A stretch of 63,904 bases of DNA, the filler included, from an uncultured bacterium (lineage in GTDB: Bacteria > DAOPZR01), in assembly GCA_964637655.1 (NCBI GenBank). It is 7 parts of 7 records of this genome, joined end to end, with 100 filler letters (N's around TTAATTAATTAA, not from the genome) between each part and the next. Parts side by side here need not be neighbours in the genome. Positions count along the whole stretch, not along the records: positions 56,619 to 63,904 come from CAZWUZ010000195.1; 6 more parts are not named here. The stretch is one strand, 5' to 3'. Of the stretch, positions 57,635-63,904 are shown one piece after another. The notes beneath the pieces were generated by a model. That model did not search any database, was not told where the DNA came from, and saw only the letters and a list, made by a program, of their open reading frames with translations. Each line of letters opens with the position of its first letter. Positions within the stretch are counted from its first letter, which is position 1. The position numbers and the translations under genes are program-made.

Positions 57635-58395
57635 GCCATCAGCCCGCGTGATGCCAGGCTGCAGCAGTCGTCGGTGTTTTTGCCGATGATGATATGGTCC
57701 AAAAGCCGCAGCCCAACCGTCGCGCAGGCCGCCGCCACCGTCCGGGTCAATTCGATGTCGTCAGCCGACGGTTCGGCCACACCCGACGGATGGTTATGCA
57801 CGAGGATGACCGCGGAGGCGGCCCGCAGCGTAGCTTCGCGGATAATTTCCTTGGGGTCGACCGGGCACCCGGCCAGCGTCCCGACCGTCAACGGCAGATG
57901 CGCGAGCGGCGCGTTCTTGGTATTGAGCAGTATCACCTGAAAATGTTCCTTGACCGCATCACGCAGATAGGGGCCGTAGAACTCCGCCGCGTACGCGAGC
58001 GCCTCATCGGGACTGGTGATTCCTTTGCGTTTACCGGCCTGTTCGCGTGCAAACCTGCGCCCCAGTTCGAACGCCGCATGCAGTTGCGCTGCCTTCGCCG
58101 GGCCGATGCCCTTGATCTCCCGCAACTGGGCCAGTGTTGCGCCCTCAATGGCGCGCAGCGTCTTGAATTTTGCCAGCAGGCGCTGCGCGAGGTCTTCCGC
58201 GCTCTCCCCCTGCTGCCCGGTACGCAGGATGATAGCAATCAGTTTCCCGAGCGACATGCTTTCCGCACCGCGCGCCAAAAGTTGCTCGCGCGGCCGCTCC
58301 TCCTGCTGCCACTCCCGTATCGCCAGGTGTCGGCTGCGGGGGCGCGAGGAGGCGGCATTACTGCTGCGCTGCTCAGGTGCCGGCTTGTCCGTCAC
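57631..58395 (-). CDS. radC: RadC family (JAB domain) protein
   Basis: ERPRE, IKGIGPAKA, VHNHPSG...PSADD, LLDHIIIG. GTG start after GGAGG. Confidence 0.92.
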   Translation of the reverse strand: MTDKPAPEQRSSNAASSRPRSRHLAIREWQQEERPREQLLARGAESMSLGKLIAIILRTGQQGESAEDLAQRLLAKFKTLRAIEGATLAQLREIKGIGPAKAAQLHAAFELGRRFAREQAGKRKGITSPDEALAYAAEFYGPYLRDAVKEHFQVILLNTKNAPLAHLPLTVGTLAGCPVDPKEIIREATLRAASAVILVHNHPSGVAEPSADDIELTRTVAAACATVGLRLLDHIIIGKNTDDCCSLASRGLMA

Positions 58396-58442
58396 GCCTA
58401 TCCTCCCCGCGGATGTGCTGTTGTTTCCCGGTATCGCACCGG

Positions 58443-58898
58443 TCAGCATTCCGCCCAGAATAGTTTCAGCGCACTGCTGCGGGCGATGGCAGCATAATCG
58501 CCATCGCGGGTTACCAGCGCGCCGACTCTGCCTGCCTGGGCCGCAATAATGAAATCAACCAGGTGTCGGCGACCGCGCAACGCGCCGGGGTGTTTGCGCA
58601 ACGTGGACTGTACTGCCGCCCGCATCTCGCCGGCCTGCCAGAAATCCTCGCCGACCGGGGTCAGCACCCGCAGGCCGGCTTCGCGAATAAACTCCTCCAC
58701 GCGCGCCCGGCTGCCAAGCAGCACGAGCAATTCCGCCCCGATCAGTTCATTGATCGCCGGGACATACCCTGCAGTTCTGGCTGATTCGGTTGCCCGTACT
58801 GCGGCCCGGCAGTAGGGATCGGTGGCCGGGCGGCGAAGAATATCCGAAAGAATACACGTATCGAGCAGGGCGTAGGCAACTTCGGCGGCATGCTTCAT
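58443..58898 (-). CDS. PIN-domain (VapC-like) toxin
   Basis: LLDTCIL...AELL...VDFIIAAQA...LVTRD. Confidence 0.85.
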   Translation of the reverse strand: MKHAAEVAYALLDTCILSDILRRPATDPYCRAAVRATESARTAGYVPAINELIGAELLVLLGSRARVEEFIREAGLRVLTPVGEDFWQAGEMRAAVQSTLRKHPGALRGRRHLVDFIIAAQAGRVGALVTRDGDYAAIARSSALKLFWAEC

Positions 58899-59158
58899 TC
58901 GAGCCGGCTCGCGCCGCGCTTCGGAATGGTTTTCTTGCCACGCACCTCCGCCAAAGCCCGGTCAGTGCGGCCTGCGGACGGGGTATCCGCAAACCGACCG
59001 GCAAAAACAGCCAGTCCCTGCACCTTCGGCCTGATTTCCAGCACGCGCCCCCGGGCGGAGAACTCCACCACATCGCCAACCTTGAGGTCCACCTGCTCGC
59101 GCATTGCTTTCGGGAGCACCACCAGGCCCTTGGCCATGATTTTCGACGTTGCCTTCAT
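58895..59158 (-). CDS. AbrB/MazE-family antitoxin
   Basis: SKIMAKGLVVLPKAMREQVDLKVGDVVEF; ATGA overlap with the PIN gene. Confidence 0.87.
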   Translation of the reverse strand: MKATSKIMAKGLVVLPKAMREQVDLKVGDVVEFSARGRVLEIRPKVQGLAVFAGRFADTPSAGRTDRALAEVRGKKTIPKRGASRLE

Positions 59159-59206
59159 TGGCGCCTCGCTTTCGTAGGTACAAAAGCAGTATAACCTTCC
59201 ACCCAG

Positions 59207-59234
59207 ATTATACCACAACAGACAAAGCGGTCAA
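59207..59234 (-). promoter_or_regulatory. Sigma70 promoter of the toxin-antitoxin pair
   Basis: TTGACC-N16-TATAAT with an extended -10 TG. Confidence 0.7.
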
Positions 59235-59267
59235 GCACCGTGGTGCAGGCCGCACCGTCAGGACCGG

Positions 59268-59717
59268 TCAGGGGACCCTCGCTCCGGCAGTACCGCCCGC
59301 CGCGAGAAAGGCATGGAGTTTGCGGCAGGTGGCATCATAGGCGCGGCGCTCGTTCGCGCTGAGGTGGCGGCAGTACAGACCGCCGTCCGGATCGACCGAG
59401 TCCGCCAGCAGGTCGGCCGGGGTGACCTCCGCATAGCGGTCGTACATGTTGACGTCGCGGATCATTTCGCCCCCCAGCAGCCACAGGTGGTCGATATGCC
59501 GCCGCGCGGTTTTCGGCGACAGCGTACCGCTGGCGAGACGTTCGGCAAACGGCAGCAGCGCCACGACAATCCCGCGGCCATAGGGGATGTCATCGGCATC
59601 ACCCATCCACCGCTCCGGCCACGTGAGCAGTTCCGGGCAGAGTTTCGACAACGCCGGCGATACCGCCGGCGGCCAGGCGACCGGCAGTGGAGCAGGACGG
59701 CCTTTTCTGCGCGTCAT
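59268..59717 (-). CDS. Conserved-looking hypothetical protein
   Basis: TAATG coupling to the upstream gene; paralogous to the C-terminus of 61526-62293. Confidence 0.65.
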   Translation of the reverse strand: MTRRKGRPAPLPVAWPPAVSPALSKLCPELLTWPERWMGDADDIPYGRGIVVALLPFAERLASGTLSPKTARRHIDHLWLLGGEMIRDVNMYDRYAEVTPADLLADSVDPDGGLYCRHLSANERRAYDATCRKLHAFLAAGGTAGARVP

Positions 59718-61216
59718 TACTGCCACAGTTCCTGCCAGCGCGACGCGGTCAGTTCCCGTATCTGCCGGTAATAGTGTTCAATATCCGTATTGCCGATGCC
59801 TGAGACCACCGCTTCCAGGTGCAGCGCCAGCACGGAACCGACGGCATGGACGGCTTCATGCCGGTCGAGTCCCTCGCCAACCAGGCGGGTCAGTGCCGCG
59901 GCAACCGGTGTCTCATCGACCATGAGCGCCTGGGTCTCGACCACGGCATGGACCACGTAATGCAGCTGCGCCCCTTCGATCCTGACCTTCGCCCGGCGAT
60001 GGTACTTCTCCACCAGATTGTAGCGTTCCGTCTCGTCGAGCGCCAGCCACTGCTTCGCGTCAGGGGCCTGCAGCGGATCGTAACAGAATGATGCATCGGT
60101 GCCGGCCCGTGCCTTACCGCGTATTTTCGTTTTGCCGGTGTCCCGATGCGCGTGCAGCCACGCGAGTGGTGCATCGTGCCGCCCCCAGGCCTCCAGCAAC
60201 ATATCGCAGCAGACCAGCGCCTCGCCTACTTCGCCCGGGCCGCAGTTGGACGGTAACTGCGCGGGCAAGGACTTGTCACCCAGCAGATACTGCTCGACAT
60301 ACCGGTTGTTCGCGCGCGCCTGCGTGAGCGCCTTTTCCGCCGCCGCCTCGTTACCGGCCAGCACTTCCAGCAGGACCAGGCCCCAGGCAAACACCGCGCT
60401 GCCATCGTTAGCATACTGCTGCAGCAGTAATCGCGCGCCGGTGCAGTCCCCGAGCGACAGGTACGCGGCCAGCAGCGAGTCGCGATTACCCTGATTGTCG
60501 TTGGGATTCAGTTTGAGCAGCGCCCGGTATTCCGCGATGGCCTCCTGTGCATGCCCTTCCACCCATAGTTCCTCAGCAAGCAACCGCCGTGCACGCATGT
60601 AGGGGCGGGTCTCGTGGATGAGCCAGTACTGTCCCTGCTGGCGATCCAGTTTCTGTGCTTTCAGTTGCCGTTCGCCAAGGGCAACGATGCGGCGCAACTC
60701 GCGGAGGTACGCCTCACCCACCAGCGTCAGTTCCGCCTTGAAGGCCAGGGCATCGATATGCTCCGGATCGAGTTGCAGCACCTGATTGATGCCCAGCAGC
60801 TGCTTTTTGGGCGAGCGTTCCTTGACCGCCTCATAGAACAATTGCTGCGCTTTTGCCGCAGTTGAGGTGGTGTGCCGGTCCGTGCCGCTGGATAGATCAC
60901 CCGCGGGCGCCGGTGGTGTGCCGGGTGTGGTGGCGGCTCCGGTCAGGCCGCAGCACTTTTTGTACTTTTTGCCGCTGCCGCAGGGGCAATAATTATTGCC
61001 GGGCACCGCGCCCGCAGCGGATGGTGGCGTCGTTGCCGCCGAGCGTTGCTGCCATTGCAGTTTTTTCAGGTCGGTGATGTCTTCCGGCTTGTCCGGCTCG
61101 ATGCCGACAATGAACTTCCACCCGTGCTGCTCGCACAACTGCGCAATTTCCTGTGCGCGCTCCTCGGTCTGTACCCGGACAATCGCCGGCTTCTTCTCAC
61201 TGCCCAATTTTGCCAT
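59717..61216 (-). CDS. SEC-C motif / TPR-like / DUF1841-like fusion protein
   Basis: KLGSEKKPAIVRVQTEERA...CPCGSGKKYKKCC; LKLNPNDNQG; HAVVETQ...GLDRHEAVHA. Confidence 0.75.
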   Translation of the reverse strand: MAKLGSEKKPAIVRVQTEERAQEIAQLCEQHGWKFIVGIEPDKPEDITDLKKLQWQQRSAATTPPSAAGAVPGNNYCPCGSGKKYKKCCGLTGAATTPGTPPAPAGDLSSGTDRHTTSTAAKAQQLFYEAVKERSPKKQLLGINQVLQLDPEHIDALAFKAELTLVGEAYLRELRRIVALGERQLKAQKLDRQQGQYWLIHETRPYMRARRLLAEELWVEGHAQEAIAEYRALLKLNPNDNQGNRDSLLAAYLSLGDCTGARLLLQQYANDGSAVFAWGLVLLEVLAGNEAAAEKALTQARANNRYVEQYLLGDKSLPAQLPSNCGPGEVGEALVCCDMLLEAWGRHDAPLAWLHAHRDTGKTKIRGKARAGTDASFCYDPLQAPDAKQWLALDETERYNLVEKYHRRAKVRIEGAQLHYVVHAVVETQALMVDETPVAAALTRLVGEGLDRHEAVHAVGSVLALHLEAVVSGIGNTDIEHYYRQIRELTASRWQELWQ

Positions 61217-61529
61217 GGTTCTCCTCGCCTCCCACCACCAGCGCCAGCAGTGACGGATGCACTTTCCAGCGCTGCTGGTCGTCAGTCAGAATCGATGCTG
61301 TCTTCTTGTTGAGCCGTGTTATGACCCCGTACTTCCGCAGCCCGACCTTGTCGAGGAAGGTGACGCGGCTGCCGCAGCGGAACTGTGACAGCATGACCGT
61401 GCTGCGCGCCTGTGCCACTAACTGCAGGCGTTCGTACACCAGCCGGCTGAGTTGCCGCAATTCGTCCTCATTCAACTGCAGCATGAGATCGGCGGCCGTG
61501 GTAAAGGCCGCGCTGTGTGGTCCGGTCAT
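61197..61529 (-). CDS. Hypothetical protein (helix plus SH3-like beta barrel)
   Basis: Translationally coupled; FRCGSRVTF...GVITRLNKKTASI...WKVHPSLL. Confidence 0.65.
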   Translation of the reverse strand: MTGPHSAAFTTAADLMLQLNEDELRQLSRLVYERLQLVAQARSTVMLSQFRCGSRVTFLDKVGLRKYGVITRLNKKTASILTDDQQRWKVHPSLLALVVGGEENHGKIGQ

Positions 61530-62293
61530 GGAGTATCCGCTCCGTTATTTCCGCCTGCCAGGAGGAAGGCGTAGAGTTTGCGACAGGTGGCGTGAAACGA
61601 TTCTTCGGCTGCTTCGCCGCCGGGATGATACGAGAGTTGCGGGCCACCGTCAGGCCGCAGCGCCGCGGTCAGTCGCTCCGCGGCAGTCGGCTGCAGATAT
61701 TCCGTGCCCGTGCCACCGCCGGCACACAACGTGGCGCCAAGTGTTTCAAGGTTTTCCAGGTAATGCGTCAATTTACCCTCGTCCATGCCGCTGGCAGCGA
61801 GATGCACCGCGAACGGCTGCAGCAGGGCGAACATTTCGGCGCAGAGGGTGCTGTCGGCGGCATCCTTCGCCAGATGCTCCCACGACTCAGGCCAGTCGAA
61901 ATAGTCGCTGTCGATCGCTTCAGGGGTGGTTGGCTTGCCCCGCATGCGCTCGTCGAATCCCTCCTCCTCTTCGCCGGCATACTCGTCGTCGTCCGCTTCC
62001 TCCCAGTCGATGACCGTGCCGCCCCCGACGGGGTAGTACGGGCTGGCGAGCACATTGCTGTTGCCTTCGCGATAGACCTTGAAATCGCGCACGGTGAACA
62101 GCTGGTCCTCGTGCCCGTCGAGCAGTTCGTCGTCCAGCGAAGGCACCGGGATGAACGGATAGAGCAGGTGCAGCACCTCTTCTTTCCGCTCGTCGGGGAT
62201 AAGGTATTCCTCCACCATATCTTTGCCGATCTTCACCAGCCGGGTCGGGAAGGGGAGCCGCGCGTCAGGGTCAGGTCTGGCTTTCATCTTCAT
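61526..62293 (-). CDS. Two-domain hypothetical protein with an acidic linker
   Basis: ATGA overlaps at both ends; C-terminal domain paralogous to 59268-59717. Confidence 0.65.
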   Translation of the reverse strand: MKMKARPDPDARLPFPTRLVKIGKDMVEEYLIPDERKEEVLHLLYPFIPVPSLDDELLDGHEDQLFTVRDFKVYREGNSNVLASPYYPVGGGTVIDWEEADDDEYAGEEEEGFDERMRGKPTTPEAIDSDYFDWPESWEHLAKDAADSTLCAEMFALLQPFAVHLAASGMDEGKLTHYLENLETLGATLCAGGGTGTEYLQPTAAERLTAALRPDGGPQLSYHPGGEAAEESFHATCRKLYAFLLAGGNNGADTP

Positions 62294-62636
62294 TGCGCCA
62301 TGCTCCTGCGCAGGCGTTGTCTTTCGGACTGCGGCAGCGATTCCTCGTCCCACATTTCCCGGTAGGACTGTATGTAAAACACCGTCGCCTCCTGATCGAG
62401 GGTGAAATAATAGCGGCACAGTTTCTTGAAAATGACGAGCACGTCAGGGTCGAAACAGAAATCGAGCAGGCGGTCGAGCAGATGCTCGATGCGGATGCGG
62501 CTCTGACAACCGGTGGCAACGACGGCATCGACTGCCGGCGCCAGTTCGGCAGCAGCCAGTTGCGCCAGTTCGCGCGACTGTTCAGTAAGCGCCGTGATCA
62601 TTTGCAGCAGTTCNNNNNNNNNNTAGGCCCGGTCAT
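62290..62636 (-). CDS. Hypothetical protein spanning a 10-N gap
   Basis: IEHLLDRLLDFCF...FKKLCRYYF...YREMWD; start uncertain. Confidence 0.6.
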
Positions 62637-62686
62637 GCCGCGAGGGAACAGGTGCGGGCCGCCGTTTGCGGACGGCAGCGGTGCGC

Positions 62687-63718
62687 TTAGCGCCGTGTAC
62701 GTTTGCGGCGCCGCGGTGGCGTGCGCTGCCGGCCTTCGAGGCGTTTCGCCGCGGCGATGAGGAAATCCTGCTCGCTGCGGGTCGTTTCTTTCGCTGTGCG
62801 GGTCTGGTAGTTCGCATATTCCACCTCCGCCTTGTCGAGTGCCAGTTTCGCGCTGATGCGTCCGGCATGGGTCAGCAGGTTGCGCCCCGATAATTTCAGA
62901 AAATCGTCCAGTTTGGCAATCCAGTCGCGCATATGCATCACGCGTTGCTGCAGCGCCTGCAGTTCCGCGAATTCAAGATAAGCAGTGACGATGCGGTTCA
63001 GCGCCTCCAGTTCGTCCGGTTGCAGGTAATTCTTGGCGATGGCGGCATCCGCCTTGACCGGCCGCGTCCCGGTCCATGAGGTCATGCCCATGTGCGGCTT
63101 GCCCGCATCCGCGCGCTCAGCAATGATCTCCGCCGCGGTATGTCCGTGCGCCGCCCAGTGCATCTTGTTCTGCACCACGGCAAAGAACTCCTGCGACAGG
63201 TCGTTGTCCGGGTCGTAATCGACGCTGGTGGCGTAGATATCGAGCACCTTGCGCCAGAACACCTTTTCCGACGAACGTATGTCGCGGATGCGTGCCAGCA
63301 ATTCGTTGAAATAGACGCTGCCCCCCGCCTGTTTCAAGCGGGCATCATCCATGGTGAAGCCCTTGACGAGGTATTCGCGCAGCCGCTCCGTCGCCCATTG
63401 CCTGAACTGCGTTCCGCGTTTCGACCGCACCCGGTACCCGACAGCCAGAATCATGTCGAGATTGTAGAATGCGCGGATACGCTGAACCTGCCGTTTGCCT
63501 TCTGATTGAACTGTTAAGTATTCCTTAATAGTTGCCGGCAACTCTTTATCTTTCAATATGTTGCGGATATGCATGCTGATATTTGGCACGGTACTATTGA
63601 ATAACTGTGCCATCTGCAACTGCGTCAGCCAGACGGTCTCGTTCTCCAGTCGCACCTCCAGCCGTTGCCTGCCGTCTTCGGTCTGGTAGAGAATGATCTC
63701 CCCCCAAGCTTCAGGCAT
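62687..63718 (-). CDS. rhuM: RhuM-family protein
   Basis: ETVWLTQLQMAQLF, YNLDMILAVGYRVRSKRGTQFRQWAT, QNKMHWA, AKNYL. Confidence 0.9.
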   Translation of the reverse strand: MPEAWGEIILYQTEDGRQRLEVRLENETVWLTQLQMAQLFNSTVPNISMHIRNILKDKELPATIKEYLTVQSEGKRQVQRIRAFYNLDMILAVGYRVRSKRGTQFRQWATERLREYLVKGFTMDDARLKQAGGSVYFNELLARIRDIRSSEKVFWRKVLDIYATSVDYDPDNDLSQEFFAVVQNKMHWAAHGHTAAEIIAERADAGKPHMGMTSWTGTRPVKADAAIAKNYLQPDELEALNRIVTAYLEFAELQALQQRVMHMRDWIAKLDDFLKLSGRNLLTHAGRISAKLALDKAEVEYANYQTRTAKETTRSEQDFLIAAAKRLEGRQRTPPRRRKRTRR

Positions 63719-63904
63719 GCTTCTGCACCTTGGCGGAGATGGCTGCCCAGTCCTGACCCTTGGGCATGATGAACAGGCATTTGCCGTTGCTGCGCTTTTC
63801 CCATAGTTCGCCGAGGCGCCGCTTCTCTGCGCTGTCCGGCGTCTCCCACAGCAAGGCGCTTTTGTATTCGAACACCAGAATCCGGCCATCTTCCAACTGG
63901 ACGA
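63711..63904 (-). CDS. C-terminal fragment of a type III restriction (Res-like) endonuclease
   Basis: DGRILVFEYK...DSAEKRRLGELWEKRSNGKCLFIM (PD-(D/E)xK-type tail). Confidence 0.65.
   Translation of the reverse strand, partial: VQLEDGRILVFEYKSALLWETPDSAEKRRLGELWEKRSNGKCLFIMPKGQDWAAISAKVQKHA

Overview
The window is not contiguous. It holds seven ~7-9.4 kb contigs of a GC-rich, diderm (lpxB/msbA/waaA), flagellated bacterium, probably a MAG. They are joined by artificial N-TTAATTAATTAA-N linkers at ~9419-9518, 18904-19003, 28370-28469, 37811-37910, 47245-47344 and 56519-56618, and internal N gaps lie at 3282-3381, 37248-37347 and 62614-62623. Gene adjacency across linkers means nothing. Contig 1: FecR/Pro-rich surface protein, phosphomannomutase, ferredoxin, and flgK-flgL-fliW-csrA, three short flagellins and flaG, with a candidate sigma28-driven, GGA-rich CsrA-binding small RNA. 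Contig 2: a tightly coupled operon with FabG-like and FabZ-like enzymes, four radical SAM enzymes (two Tes/GDGT-MAS-like), an acyltransferase, a membrane methyltransferase-like protein and a cysteine desulfurase-rhodanese fusion. This is the best candidate for an undescribed lipid cross-linking or sulfur-insertion pathway. Contig 3: ABC transporter, propeller protein, Ca/Na antiporter and a ~1364-codon membrane protein split by one in-frame TAA. Contigs 4-5: housekeeping genes, REP-like repeats and a double-DUF342 FapA. Contig 6: an IS21-like end and an unrecognised biosynthetic cluster (RsbW-GNAT fusion, ThiF, carboxyltransferase, RRE-like/PP-loop enzyme, MFS, acyl-CoA ligase, STAS). Contig 7: a defence-island-like run. 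All family calls come from motif recognition by eye; no searches were run.
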